Of a stretch of 64,000 nucleotides of DNA, positions 36,126-46,943 are shown piece by piece. Source of the DNA: Candidatus Hadarchaeota archaeon (GTDB lineage: Archaea > Hadarchaeota > Hadarchaeia > Hadarchaeales > JAGGTB01). The DNA is taken from positions 24,576-88,575 of the forward strand of contig CAYLJV010000005.1 in assembly GCA_964384105.1 (NCBI GenBank), read 5' to 3'. A program made the translations under genes and the position numbers. Numbering within the stretch: position 1 is the first letter of the stretch; every line of letters starts with the position of its first letter. Under the pieces are notes generated by a model. It had not been told where the DNA came from. It was given only the letters and a program-made list of their open reading frames with translations, and made no database searches.

Positions 36126-37778
36126 TCATTCAGTATTTTTATTCTTTCTTTTGGCGGCCGCTTTTATGAAGGACAAGTATATGGGATTAGGTTTTCCGGG
36201 TCTAGATGTAAATTCTGGATGGAATTGTACTCCTACAGCCCACTGGTCATCTTGAATTTCGATCGCATTTACAATGCGGCTGTCTTTGTCGGTGGCTGAA
36301 ACTACTACTCCATTCTCTTTCATTTCTTCCACGTATTTTGGGATTAGGTGATACCTATGCCGGAACCTTTCTACTACCCGTTCTTTCCCGTAGGCCTTGT
36401 GTAGAATTGTATCTGGTTTTATCCTGATTTCCTGACCTCCCAGTCTCATAGTCCCTCCTTTTTGTGAGATCTCTTTTTGTTCAGGAAGCAAATCTACAAC
36501 GGGTTGGCTAGTTTCTGGGTCTATCTCTGCACTATTCGCTTCATTCAGCCCTTTTTCTCTACAAAATGCGATAAACAGTATTTGTGAACCAAAGCAAATT
36601 CCCAAGAAAGGTATCTTCTTTTCTATGGCTCTTTGGGAAGCCTTTATCATCCCTTCAGCCCCTCTGGTTCCAAATCCGGGGGTCAAAAGTATTCCATGGT
36701 AGTCCTCTAGTTTTTCGAGTTTTTCAGGATCATCTTCAAAGGGTTCTGTATCTACAAATTCTAGTTCGGCTTTGTATCCTAGTTCTGCTGCAGCATGCTT
36801 TAATGCACCATTTATGCTAATGTAGCTGTCTAGAATCTGAGTGTATTTCCCGGGCATTGCTATCCGAATCTTTTCCTTCGCTTTTTTGAATTTTTCAACT
36901 GTTTCTTCCCAGGATGTGATTTTCGGTTTTCTCGCTCTAAGTCTGAGAATATCACAGAGATAATCACCCAGCCCTTGTTTTTCGAATAGCAATGGAAGTT
37001 CGTAAAGGATTGAAATTCTAGGATCCGAGATTACTGCCCTTTTTGGCACATTACTATACAGGCTTATCTTCTCTCTAGCGGAGTCTGATAGCGGTCTGTC
37101 GCTTCTCCCCACAACCACATCTGGTTGTAGACCTGCCGATAGGAGATTCTTTACGCTGTGCTGCGTGGGTTTTGTTTTCAGTTGTCCTATAGTTTGTAAG
37201 TAAGGTACTAAGGTCACGTGTACCAAAGCCACTCTATCCTCGGGTTCCTCCAATTTCATTTGTCTTATGGCCTCAAGAAAAGGACTTGCTTCTATGTCTC
37301 CTACTGTTCCTCCAATTTCAGAGATCAATATATCGGGAGAGTTCCTTTCGGCTACAGCTCTTATTCTTTTTTTGATTTCATCTGTTATGTGAGGAATTAT
37401 CTGAACAGTTCTTCCCAAGTACCCTCCTGCTCTTTCTTGCAATAGAACTGAAAGATAAACTTGGCCGCTGGTAATATTGTTTCGAGGGTGCATCGTTTTA
37501 TCTAAAAATCTCTCGTAAGTCCCAAAATCTTGATCAATCTCAGCTATTGTGAAAGAAGAGTCTTCAGATGGATTGAATTCCCAGACATCGTCGGTGACGA
37601 AAACTTCACCATGTTCTATAGGGTTTAGAGTACCTGGGTCCACGTTAAGGTACGGATCTATTTTTATCATGTCTACGTCGAGATCTCTGAATTGGAATGA
37701 CTTACCTATTGCTGCTGCGGCAGCCCCTTTACCTATCCCTGAAAGCACTCCACCTGTTACAAAAATAAATTTAGTCAT
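36126..37778 (-). CDS. pyrG: CTP synthase
   Basis: [41 protein letters not shown]. Confidence 0.97.
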   Translation of the reverse strand: MTKFIFVTGGVLSGIGKGAAAAAIGKSFQFRDLDVDMIKIDPYLNVDPGTLNPIEHGEVFVTDDVWEFNPSEDSSFTIAEIDQDFGTYERFLDKTMHPRNNITSGQVYLSVLLQERAGGYLGRTVQIIPHITDEIKKRIRAVAERNSPDILISEIGGTVGDIEASPFLEAIRQMKLEEPEDRVALVHVTLVPYLQTIGQLKTKPTQHSVKNLLSAGLQPDVVVGRSDRPLSDSAREKISLYSNVPKRAVISDPRISILYELPLLFEKQGLGDYLCDILRLRARKPKITSWEETVEKFKKAKEKIRIAMPGKYTQILDSYISINGALKHAAAELGYKAELEFVDTEPFEDDPEKLEKLEDYHGILLTPGFGTRGAEGMIKASQRAIEKKIPFLGICFGSQILFIAFCREKGLNEANSAEIDPETSQPVVDLLPEQKEISQKGGTMRLGGQEIRIKPDTILHKAYGKERVVERFRHRYHLIPKYVEEMKENGVVVSATDKDSRIVNAIEIQDDQWAVGVQFHPEFTSRPGKPNPIYLSFIKAAAKRKNKNTE

Positions 37779-37875
37779 ACAATATGAAAATGGTGTGGAC
37801 AGCTAAAAAATTTTTGAAAGAATCCATATTAATAAAAAATCTAATCTATAAGTGTTGAGAAATAATTAAAAGAGG

Positions 37876-38787
37876 ATGACCGATAAGCGACTGAATATTG
37901 ATTTGGGTGGGCTTCAACTTAGGAACCCAACTATTCTTGCTGCAGGAATCCTTGGTTTGACTGGAGCATCCTTGCTTAGAGTTTGGAATTCAGGTACTGG
38001 TGCTGTAATAACTAAGACAGTTGGAAGAAATCCTCGAGAGGGCCATCCTGGTCCGAGAATATTAGGGGCCTCTTGTGGGTTAATTAATGCTATGGGTCTT
38101 CCTAACCCTGGTATCGAAGAGATCACTGAGGAAATAAAAATTGTGAAAGATCATAATTCAGTTGTAATTGGGAGTGTTTTTGGAAAAGACCCGGAAGATT
38201 ACTCTTTTTTAGTTTCTGAGATGAACCGTGCAAAGGTCGATGCAGTAGAACTAAATCTTTCTTGTCCTCATGCGGAGGGTCTTTCTACTATTGGACAGAA
38301 TCCAGATCTTACTGGTGATATAATCGAAACTTCTAAAAAAGAATCCGATGTTCCTCTGTGGGCCAAACTTCCAAGTAATACTAATATAACTAATCTCCTT
38401 GATGTTGCGAAATCCGCTGAGTCTGCTGGAGTAGATGCTGTAGTCTTAATGAATACGATTCCTGCTATGGCTATAGATGCAAATTCCGAGAAACCGATTT
38501 TGGGTAACGTTACTGGAGGGTTGTCCGGTCCGGCTGTTAAGCCGTTGGGCCTCAGAATTGTTTATGAGGCTTATAAAGAGGTGAGTATTCCGATTATTGG
38601 GTCTGGTGGGGTTTTAAGTGGTGAGGACCTGATAGAGTATATTCTGGCAGGAGCTTCGGCTGTTGAGATTGGAACTGGAATATTGGAAAGAGATTTGGAC
38701 ATATTTGATAGGGTTTGTGAAGAAGCTTTGGAATACTTGAAAGATCGAAAAATAAAAGACTTAGTGGGAAAAATTCACTCAGATTAA
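37876..38787 (+). CDS. pyrD: Dihydroorotate dehydrogenase 1B, catalytic subunit
   Basis: NAMGLPNPG, ELNLSCPH, GGLSGPAVKP. Confidence 0.93.
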   Translation: MTDKRLNIDLGGLQLRNPTILAAGILGLTGASLLRVWNSGTGAVITKTVGRNPREGHPGPRILGASCGLINAMGLPNPGIEEITEEIKIVKDHNSVVIGSVFGKDPEDYSFLVSEMNRAKVDAVELNLSCPHAEGLSTIGQNPDLTGDIIETSKKESDVPLWAKLPSNTNITNLLDVAKSAESAGVDAVVLMNTIPAMAIDANSEKPILGNVTGGLSGPAVKPLGLRIVYEAYKEVSIPIIGSGGVLSGEDLIEYILAGASAVEIGTGILERDLDIFDRVCEEALEYLKDRKIKDLVGKIHSD

Positions 38788-39602
38788 AAATTTTCTTTTA
38801 ACCCCCTGGAATCTCTACAGTACTTACCAAGCTCACTATTTTCTATTTCTTCGTATCTGAAGATCGGTCCTTCTTTACAGACTCTTAGCCCTGAGGGATC
38901 GATTGTACATTGACCACATATACCAATACCACACTTCATATATCGTTCTAGGCTAAGTTGACTCGGAATCCGTTTATTCTTTAGAATTTCCGCAGCCTTT
39001 TTCATCATTAGTTCAGGTCCGCAGATCAAACAGTCATCAAAATCCCATTTTTTAATTTCTTTTTTTAGAGCGTCTGTGGCCAAACCTTTTATTCCAGCTG
39101 ATCCATCCTCTGTTGCTATTATTAGATTTACCCCTAAATTTTTCAATCTTGATCTGAACAGTAGATGTTCGGAGTCTTTTGCTGCGAGTATGGCTGTTAC
39201 TTTTTTGTCTTCACTTATCGCTTTTTCTGCACTAAATGCTAATGGTGCTGCTCCACATCCTCCACAGATCATCAGAAGATTGTCTCCGGTTAAATCAAAT
39301 CCATTTCCGTAAGGTCCCCTAATGCCGATTAGCTCACCTTCTCGTAATTCATGAAGTCTAGAGGTAGAATCTCCTATCTTTTCGACAGTTAATCCTATCC
39401 GACCATTTTCTTCTGTTTTTGAAATACTGATTGGTATCTCATCGGAGCCGATAATCCATAGCATTAAGAATTGTCCTGGTTCACTTTTTGAGGCTATCTC
39501 AGGAGATTTTACGTAGAAAGTTTTTGCTTTGGGAGTTTCTTTCTCTATTTCTAATATTGGAAGTGTTCTAGGTCTATATTTCTCTTTTAATGAATTTTCC
39601 AT
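38784..39602 (-). CDS. pyrK: Dihydroorotate dehydrogenase electron transfer subunit
   Basis: PGQF, RGPYGNGF, GGCGAAP, CGPE, MKCGIGICGQC...C..GP. Confidence 0.92.
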   Translation of the reverse strand: MENSLKEKYRPRTLPILEIEKETPKAKTFYVKSPEIASKSEPGQFLMLWIIGSDEIPISISKTEENGRIGLTVEKIGDSTSRLHELREGELIGIRGPYGNGFDLTGDNLLMICGGCGAAPLAFSAEKAISEDKKVTAILAAKDSEHLLFRSRLKNLGVNLIIATEDGSAGIKGLATDALKKEIKKWDFDDCLICGPELMMKKAAEILKNKRIPSQLSLERYMKCGIGICGQCTIDPSGLRVCKEGPIFRYEEIENSELGKYCRDSRGLKENF

Positions 39603-40881
39603 GTCCTCTCTCTCCTATTATTTCCCCCTCTCTAAATACTATTTTTCCCCTCACTAGGGTGAGAAACGGTTTTCCTATTACTTCCCTTCCTTCGAAGGGT
39701 GTAAATTTTGTCTTTCCATGTAGTTCCCTTCCTCTAATTTTCCATTTTCTTTTCTGATCTATTGCGACTAGATCTGCGTCAGCTCCTTTTTCTATTGTAC
39801 CTTTGAAAATACCTTCTTTATTTTTAAGATCGAATACTTTTGCAGGTAGGCTACACATCGATTCTATTATTCTCATTAACGAAATTTTTTTCTTCTTCAC
39901 TAAGGTGAAGATTAGAGGAAGAGATGTTTCAACCCCGGCTATTCCCGGTGGGGCCTCTTTAAAGCTTTGATTTTTTTCCTCTAATGAGTGAGGTGCATGG
40001 TCAGTAGCAATAATATCAATATCCCTGTTTTTTATCGCGTCTAGAAGTGCTGTTCTGTCTTTTCTGCTTCGAAGAGGTGGGTGGGTTTTTGCTATGGGGC
40101 CAACTTTCTTCATTTTATTCTTTTCGAGAAAAAGATGATGTGGGGTAACTTCGCATGTTAAGCTTCTTTCAGTCTTTCTTTTTTGGATAAGATCTACCGA
40201 TGACTTAGTAGTTATGTGGCAAAAGTGTAGATTTGGTTTAGGTTGAAAGTTTAAGATCTTATTGATTTCAGATACTTCTGCTTTTTCGGGTCTAGATTCT
40301 ATAAAATCTTTGTAATCTCTTATCGGGCCAGTATATTCTCTTAGGACTTGAGGGTCTTCTGGATGTATCGATACTATTCCTGCTTCTTTCTCTATCTTTT
40401 TTATGCTTGAGTCGTCGGTTATCTCAGGGTAGAGCTTGAGTGATGTTGCTCCTTCTTTTAGTAACTTTTTTGTTTTTTCTCTGGATTCGGAAAGCATTGC
40501 ATGAAGTCCAAAGTCTACTAGTGATTTTCTTTCACCTATCTTGATTTTCTCTCTGAAATTTTCTGCAGAATCGGTTGGGGGGGATGTGTTTGGCATGTCA
40601 CATACGGTAGTTACTCCTCCGGCAGCTGCGGCTTCCGACCCCGTGTAAAAATCTTCTTTGTGAGTGAGGCCAGGGTCTCTGAAGTGTACATGAGTGTCTA
40701 CGATTCCGGGAAGTAGAATTGCACCTTCCAGGTCTATGGTTTTATCCGCTTTTGGTAGATCAGAGTTTTTGGTGATCGAAATGATTTTTTCATCTTCGAT
40801 TGCTACACTTCCCTTTATCAATCCTGTTTTGGTAGCTATTTTAGCGTTCTTCAGACACAAATCAGCGATTTTCAAACTCAA
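39574..40881 (-). CDS. pyrC: Dihydroorotase
   Basis: DTHVHFRDPG, DMPNT, CEVTPHHL, ATDHAPH; inside the pyr cluster. Confidence 0.93.
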   Translation of the reverse strand: MSLKIADLCLKNAKIATKTGLIKGSVAIEDEKIISITKNSDLPKADKTIDLEGAILLPGIVDTHVHFRDPGLTHKEDFYTGSEAAAAGGVTTVCDMPNTSPPTDSAENFREKIKIGERKSLVDFGLHAMLSESREKTKKLLKEGATSLKLYPEITDDSSIKKIEKEAGIVSIHPEDPQVLREYTGPIRDYKDFIESRPEKAEVSEINKILNFQPKPNLHFCHITTKSSVDLIQKRKTERSLTCEVTPHHLFLEKNKMKKVGPIAKTHPPLRSRKDRTALLDAIKNRDIDIIATDHAPHSLEEKNQSFKEAPPGIAGVETSLPLIFTLVKKKKISLMRIIESMCSLPAKVFDLKNKEGIFKGTIEKGADADLVAIDQKRKWKIRGRELHGKTKFTPFEGREVIGKPFLTLVRGKIVFREGEIIGERGHGKFIKREI

Positions 40882-40943
40882 TCTGATTGATATTGGTAGA
40901 CAATCTTAATAAGAAAAGTGCTTTAAGAAAAAATGGGCTTTGA

Positions 40944-41858
40944 GTGGAACTAGAAAGTGAAAATATAATAACATTCGAAGGGTTAACCGACGAAGATATA
41001 GATAAAATATTTACTCGTGCTGAAGAGCTAGAGCCTGTTGCCCGAGGAGAAAAATACTCAGATTATCTAAAGGGAAAGATTCTAGGTTTTCTGTTTTTCG
41101 AACCGAGCACCAGAACCAAACTAAGTTTTAAGGCAGCCGTCCAGAGGCTGGGAGGAGGCGTAATAGGATTTTCTCGTCCTGAGGTCAGTTCAGTTGCTAA
41201 AGGTGAGAGTTTGGCCGATACTGTTAGAACTATAGAGAGATATTGTGATATTATAGTCTTAAGACATCCTCAAATGGGGTCTGCCAAATTGGCTTCGGAG
41301 TTCTCAGAGGTCCCTGTTGTCAACGCGGGTGATGGAGCAGGACATCATCCCACTCAAACTCTTTTGGACATGTATACTATTGGAAAAAATTTCAATACGA
41401 TAAGCGGCCTTAATATTGGTCTTCTCGGCGATTTAAAATATGGGAGGACAGTTCACTCGCTTGCTTATGCAGCTTCGCGATTTGAAAATAATCTATACTT
41501 CATATCTCCTCCTGGATTGGGAATGCCCGAAGAGATTGTCGAGGACCTGACAGAGACCTCTATAGTTACTGAGTCTTCTACTCTTGAAGAAGTACTTCCA
41601 GAACTAGACGTTCTTTATGTCACTAGGATACAGAAAGAAAGATTCTCAGACCCATCTGAATATAGAAAGGTAAAGGATTCATATAAGGTCGATTTGGAGA
41701 TATTGAACTCCGCAAAACCAGAACTCAAAGTTTTACATCCATTACCAAGAATGGATGAAATAGATCCGAAGGTTGATTCCTCCATTTACGCGAAATATTT
41801 CGATCAGGTTTTTTATGGTCTTGTTGTAAGAATGGCTCTTCTTTCTTTATTGTTGTGA
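40944..41858 (+). CDS. pyrB: Aspartate carbamoyltransferase catalytic subunit
   Basis: FFEPSTRT, HPTQ, GDLKYGRTVHS, HPLPR. Confidence 0.97.
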   Translation: MELESENIITFEGLTDEDIDKIFTRAEELEPVARGEKYSDYLKGKILGFLFFEPSTRTKLSFKAAVQRLGGGVIGFSRPEVSSVAKGESLADTVRTIERYCDIIVLRHPQMGSAKLASEFSEVPVVNAGDGAGHHPTQTLLDMYTIGKNFNTISGLNIGLLGDLKYGRTVHSLAYAASRFENNLYFISPPGLGMPEEIVEDLTETSIVTESSTLEEVLPELDVLYVTRIQKERFSDPSEYRKVKDSYKVDLEILNSAKPELKVLHPLPRMDEIDPKVDSSIYAKYFDQVFYGLVVRMALLSLLL

Positions 41859-41863
41859 TTATT

Positions 41864-42334
41864 ATGGAAAAGGATAGATTGAGAGTCAGAAAAATAAAGG
41901 CGGGAACAGTTATAGATCATATTCCTTCAGGTAGGGCACTTACTGTCTTAGAGATTCTTGGAATAACTCAGGGAACCGATGATACTGTCTCAGTTTTGAT
42001 TAATGTTCCAAGTCAGAGATACGGCCGAAAGGATATTGTGAAGGTGGAGGATAGGGAACTAGATGAAGACGAGATAAGCAAAATTGCTTTGACTGCCCCA
42101 AACGCTAAAATCAATGTAATCAGAGATTTTGATGTTGTTGAAAAGAGAAAAGTAGATTTTCCGAAGAAAGTTAAAGGAATAATTAAGTGTTCTAACCCAG
42201 GTTGTATAACTAATTTTCCGGAACCTGTAACTCCGAGTTTTGATGTAGTGAGCAAATCTCCTATAAGGCTTAGATGTGCTTATTGTAGGAGGATCACAGA
42301 GGAAAAAGAGTTGCTTGCTCAATTAAGGAGATAG
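41864..42334 (+). CDS. pyrI: Aspartate carbamoyltransferase regulatory subunit
   Basis: GTVIDHI, KDIVKVE, CSNPGC...CAYC. Confidence 0.95.
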   Translation: MEKDRLRVRKIKAGTVIDHIPSGRALTVLEILGITQGTDDTVSVLINVPSQRYGRKDIVKVEDRELDEDEISKIALTAPNAKINVIRDFDVVEKRKVDFPKKVKGIIKCSNPGCITNFPEPVTPSFDVVSKSPIRLRCAYCRRITEEKELLAQLRR

Positions 42335-42337
42335 ATT

Positions 42338-43060
42338 ATGGTTGGTAAAAGACTAAGAAGTTTGCTCTCCGAGAGGAGTAGAGAAAATGATAGTAGACTT
42401 ATTTTGGCTCTGGATGTTGCGAGTGAGGATATTAGAAAAAAAGATATTGAGGGTAAGTATCTTAGAATATTGAAGTCAGTTTCCGACCATATAGTTGCTG
42501 TGAAAGTTGGTTATCCTTTAGTTCTGAAAACGGGTTTGTCTATTTTTTCCAAGATAAATGAACAAACAGGAGTACCTCTGATTGCAGATTTTAAGATCGC
42601 AGATGTTCCTCACGTATGTGGGCAAATTGCTGCTTACGCTTACGATTCTGGCGCAGATGGTGTAATAGCCCATGGTTTCGTTGGAAAGGACAGTCTCGAG
42701 GCGGTAATAGAAGCAGCGATCGAAAGGGGAGATCGGGGAGTTATTGTTGTTCCCAGCATGTCTCACGAAGGTGGGAAGATGTTTATTTCGAGTTTTACGG
42801 ACGAGATGCTCCAGATGGCTAGCGACCTTGATGTAACAGGTATAATCGGACCGGCTACTAGACCCGAGGATGTAAGAAGACTGAGGGATAATGTGGACAA
42901 AGAAATGTTAATACTGACTCCAGGTATCGGTGCTCAAGGAGCTAAACCGGGTGATGCGATAAGAAACGGTGCAAACTACGAGATTGTAGGCAGAGCGATT
43001 TATACATCCAATGAGCCAGATAGAAAAGCCGATGAAATAAGGAAGGCTATGAATAGGTGA
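42338..43060 (+). CDS. pyrF: Orotidine 5'-phosphate decarboxylase
   Basis: LALD, ADFKIADVP, PGIGAQG, IVGRAI. Confidence 0.95.
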   Translation: MVGKRLRSLLSERSRENDSRLILALDVASEDIRKKDIEGKYLRILKSVSDHIVAVKVGYPLVLKTGLSIFSKINEQTGVPLIADFKIADVPHVCGQIAAYAYDSGADGVIAHGFVGKDSLEAVIEAAIERGDRGVIVVPSMSHEGGKMFISSFTDEMLQMASDLDVTGIIGPATRPEDVRRLRDNVDKEMLILTPGIGAQGAKPGDAIRNGANYEIVGRAIYTSNEPDRKADEIRKAMNR

Positions 43061-43064
43061 AAAT

Positions 43065-43694
43065 TTGAGTAGAGATATTTCTGTAGATACAATCAAAAAA
43101 GAAATTTCGATCCAACTGTATGAGATAGGCGGTATAAAATTTGGAGATTTTACTCTCACTTCAGGAAAGAAGAGTCCATATTACATAGATTTGAGACTCG
43201 TTCCTTCCTACCCCAAGCTTTTCGACAAATTTGCGGATATTTGTTTCAAGATAATAACTGAAGAATTAAAGGATATTGATAGGTTAGTTGGCGTTCCTAC
43301 TTCTGGTCTGCCTTTCTCTGCCTTAGTAGCTCATAAGGCCGGTCTCCCCCTGCTCTATACAAGAAAACAAAGCAAGGGCCATGGCTTAAAAAAGGCTATC
43401 GAAGGAGTCCTCGAGAATAATGATCGGGTCTGTATAATCGACGATGTAGCTACGACTGGAGGTAGTATTAGGAGCGTGTCTAATACCTTGAGGTCTGAGG
43501 GCGCAGTTGTCGAAGATGCGGTTGTAATGTTTGATAGGAGTGAAGGGGCCAATGAGTCTTTAGAAAAAATTGGTCTTCATCTTAAGTCCTGCCTTGAGAT
43601 TTCAGAACTTATAAGTCATCTTAGAGGTGGGGACATCTTAGATGACAGCCGATATTCTCTCGTTGAGGAGTATTTGGACGATCTATCAGGATGA
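43065..43694 (+). CDS. pyrE: Orotate phosphoribosyltransferase
   Basis: FTLTSGKKSPYYIDLR, IIDDVATTGGS. Confidence 0.95.
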   Translation: MSRDISVDTIKKEISIQLYEIGGIKFGDFTLTSGKKSPYYIDLRLVPSYPKLFDKFADICFKIITEELKDIDRLVGVPTSGLPFSALVAHKAGLPLLYTRKQSKGHGLKKAIEGVLENNDRVCIIDDVATTGGSIRSVSNTLRSEGAVVEDAVVMFDRSEGANESLEKIGLHLKSCLEISELISHLRGGDILDDSRYSLVEEYLDDLSG

Positions 43695-43992
43695 TGGATT
43701 ACGGTAAGTTGGATAAAGAGAGATCTGGAATAGAAACACTTTCTTAGTAAGCTTTGACTTATATTTTCTTTTAAAAATTGACAAACTGGGTATTTCTTTT
43801 TTCTGTGCTTATAGGGACTAATCCTAGGTTATTAGTAGCTCTTCTAATATTTTCTATATTTTTGTCCTAAAAATATATTCATATTTCATTTATTTTATCT
43901 AAATAGTAATATATATACTATTGATGAAAAATATATATTTAACTAAAATAAATGTATTTTCAAATTGGAATGAAATAATGTGGGGTGAAAAA

Positions 43993-44868
43993 TTGAAAGA
44001 AAAAGGCATCGGAAATCTCGCTATTGTCGCAATTTTAGTGATTATCGTCGTTGCTATCGTTGGTGGATATTATGCAACTCAAAGTTCTCAAAACAGTGAT
44101 TCAAATGGTAACGATCAGAAAAGAACTATCGATATAATCGGTTCGACCACAGTGCTACCAATTTCACAATCCGCTGCAGAAGAATGGATGAATGAACATC
44201 CAAACGACACGATTAACGTCAGTGGAGGAGGATCAGGAGACGGTATACAGGCAATCATAGATGGTGACGCTGACATTGGAAACGCATCGAGGCCCATAAA
44301 GGACGAAGAGATACAGACAGCAGAAGACAAGGGAAGGAATATCGTTGAACACAAAATAGCTGCAGATGCTCTAAGTGTAGTCGTGCACCCAAACAACAAT
44401 GTTAGTGATCTCACTATTGAGCAAGTAAGGGATATCTTTGCAGGAGAAATTAAGAATTGGAAAGATGTAGGAGGAGCAGATCTTGAGATTGTAGTATACC
44501 ATAGAGAAGAAGGGTCAGGAACAAGGTCTACTTTCGAAAAGAGTGTTATGGAAGATAAGCAGGTAACTTCAGAAGCACTCACTAAAGAATCAAATGGTTC
44601 AATGAGGCAGGCGATATCTGATAATCCAAATGGGATTGGTTATGTTGGACTTGGATACTTAGATGATTCCATTAAGGCTTTGGGTTTAGGTGGAATAGAG
44701 CCCTCAGAAGAAACGGCTTCAAGCGGAGAGTACCCAATCAGCAGATTTCTTTACATGTATACTAATGGAGAACCAGTTGGACTTACAGGAGATTTCATAG
44801 ACTTCGTCTTTAGCGAAGATGGACAAGGAATAGTCGAAGCACAGGGATTCATAAAAATTGCAAAATAA
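43993..44868 (+). CDS. pstS: Phosphate-binding protein PstS, canonical order
   Basis: GSTT, GGGSG, AADA, REEGSGT, IGYVG, YPISRFLY; TTG start after GGGGTGA. Confidence 0.92.
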   Translation: MKEKGIGNLAIVAILVIIVVAIVGGYYATQSSQNSDSNGNDQKRTIDIIGSTTVLPISQSAAEEWMNEHPNDTINVSGGGSGDGIQAIIDGDADIGNASRPIKDEEIQTAEDKGRNIVEHKIAADALSVVVHPNNNVSDLTIEQVRDIFAGEIKNWKDVGGADLEIVVYHREEGSGTRSTFEKSVMEDKQVTSEALTKESNGSMRQAISDNPNGIGYVGLGYLDDSIKALGLGGIEPSEETASSGEYPISRFLYMYTNGEPVGLTGDFIDFVFSEDGQGIVEAQGFIKIAK

Positions 44869-44972
44869 TCTAGAGTCTCCCGTTTTCGGATGGTGGAGAG
44901 CAATTTCTTTTATTTTTTTATTTTTCTGCTCGGTTAGAAACGAAAATCAATTGGCAACTGAGGAGGTAGTTA

Positions 44973-45854
44973 GTGTTGAGTAAAAAGATAAAAAGATTCT
45001 TTTCAGGAAGGGTCCTAACAACCGTTTTCGCAACTACATCCATCGTGGTCATATTCTTTATTTTTGTTTTTATTTTCTACCAGGGGCTTCCTGCCTTTCG
45101 GGAAATCGGTTTAATGGAATTCTTGTTGGGAACAGAGTGGAGGCCAACGGGTAGCCCGCCCTCGTTTGGAGTTCTTCCGCTCTTTTACGGGTCACTTTTG
45201 GTAACCGGTTTAGCTTTATTTATATCCGTTCCTCTCGGAATATTTGGGGCCATCTACATACACGAAGTGGCACATCCTTCTCTTAGAGACATTCTAAAAC
45301 CTGTATCCGAAATACTTGCGGGAGTGCCTTCTGTAATATACGGTTTCTTCGGACTTGTGGTTCTGGTTCCTTGGGTGAAGGAGACTTTTGGGCTACCGGT
45401 GGGGGAGACGGCTTTTACAGCAGGGATAATCTTGGGAATAATGGTTCTTCCGATAATAATAAGCGTTTCAGAGGACGCCATGAGAGCCGTTCCGAGGAAA
45501 TATAAAAGAGCATCACTGGCTCTTGGAGCTACCCGCTGGCAGACGATGACAAAAGTTGTGATTCCCTCAGCGGCCCCTGGGATTTCTTCTTCTATAATCT
45601 TGGCTTTTGGAAGAGCCATAGGAGAGACAATCGCTGTTATGATGGTAGTTGGTGGTTCTCCAATAATGCCCACGACGATCTTCAAACCGGTTAGACCAAT
45701 GCCTGCTACTATAGCAGCTGAGATGGGTGAGATAGCTTATGGAAGTACGCATTTTCATGCACTTTTTGCGATAGGGATATTCCTCCTTGTGACGACCTTC
45801 GTGACAAACTATGTTGCTAAAAAGATCATGACCAGAGGGGTTGTAGAAGAATGA
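44973..45854 (+). CDS. pstC: Phosphate ABC permease PstC, second copy
   Basis: LAGVPSVIYG, SEDAM, ASLALGATRWQT, GETIAV. Confidence 0.92.
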   Translation: MLSKKIKRFFSGRVLTTVFATTSIVVIFFIFVFIFYQGLPAFREIGLMEFLLGTEWRPTGSPPSFGVLPLFYGSLLVTGLALFISVPLGIFGAIYIHEVAHPSLRDILKPVSEILAGVPSVIYGFFGLVVLVPWVKETFGLPVGETAFTAGIILGIMVLPIIISVSEDAMRAVPRKYKRASLALGATRWQTMTKVVIPSAAPGISSSIILAFGRAIGETIAVMMVVGGSPIMPTTIFKPVRPMPATIAAEMGEIAYGSTHFHALFAIGIFLLVTTFVTNYVAKKIMTRGVVEE

Positions 45855-46708
45855 GGAAATCTAAGGTTTTCCAAAATATAGGTTTTTGGACGTCAAGAAT
45901 TTCGATGTTGATAATACTTGCTTTTTTGGGAATGATTATTTTTTACATATTGGAGAAAGGGATAGGCGTTATAAGCTGGGAGTTTCTTACTCAAGCTCCA
46001 ACTCAGGGCATGACGGGAGGAGGTATCTTTCCAGCTCTGATGGGAACAGTTTATTTAGTTGCTTTAGTTATAACGGAAACTCTCCCTATTGGAATATTGA
46101 CTGCAATATACATAGTAGAGTATTCCTCTAAGGAAAGTAGATTAACGGGTTGGATAATTCAGGCAGTCTATAATTTGAGAGGTGTTCCCTCTATAGTGAT
46201 TGGTCTGTTTGGTCTGACTTTTTTTGTTAAAATTCTAGGTTTTGGAGGAAGTCTTCTTTCGGCCTCACTCTCACTATCTTTGATAGCACTTCCGACGGTG
46301 ATAGTCTCATCTATCGAGGCCTTAAGAAGCGTCCCTGACTCTTTTAGGGAGGCTAGCGCTGCCCTGGGTGCTACCAAATGGCAGACAATAAAGAAGGTAA
46401 CCTTACCTTCTGCTTTCCCGGGAATCATAACTGGTTCGATACTTGGAGTTGGAGAAGCTGCAGGAGAAACGGCACCCATTCTTTTCACAGGAGCGGTGTT
46501 CTATACTAGAGGTTTACCGAATTCAATTTTTGATAAGTTTATGGCATTGCCGTATCATCTCTTTGCGTTAAACGCTGAAGCTCCGGACGCTGCAGCAGCG
46601 AGGCCTATAGCTTATGGAACAGCCTTAGTTTTACTCGGATTTGTGTTGATATTTTTCATCGCCGCTACCGTTATTAGGAATTACTATAGAAATAAAAGAG
46701 AGTGGTAG
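45851..46708 (+). CDS. pstA: Phosphate ABC permease PstA, second copy
   Basis: GVPSIVIGLFG, ALGATKWQT, GETAP. Confidence 0.92.
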   Translation: MRKSKVFQNIGFWTSRISMLIILAFLGMIIFYILEKGIGVISWEFLTQAPTQGMTGGGIFPALMGTVYLVALVITETLPIGILTAIYIVEYSSKESRLTGWIIQAVYNLRGVPSIVIGLFGLTFFVKILGFGGSLLSASLSLSLIALPTVIVSSIEALRSVPDSFREASAALGATKWQTIKKVTLPSAFPGIITGSILGVGEAAGETAPILFTGAVFYTRGLPNSIFDKFMALPYHLFALNAEAPDAAAARPIAYGTALVLLGFVLIFFIAATVIRNYYRNKREW

Positions 46709-46943
46709 ACGTAGATTGAGTTTGAATTTTTTATCATCGGTGCAATTTTTAATAGAATGCTGAAAAGTGCGATGAGTGAAACTGAGACTTTAGATAATTT
46801 AGGAAATTGGATAAAAATATAGACAATTGCTACTAGATTGATTCCGGATTTTAGAAGCTCCTGTTGGATTTTGCAAGTCTAACTCTATTGAGTTTACAAG
46901 TTGATATCTTCTTTCATTAAATTCCGTTTGTGTTGACTTCGTA

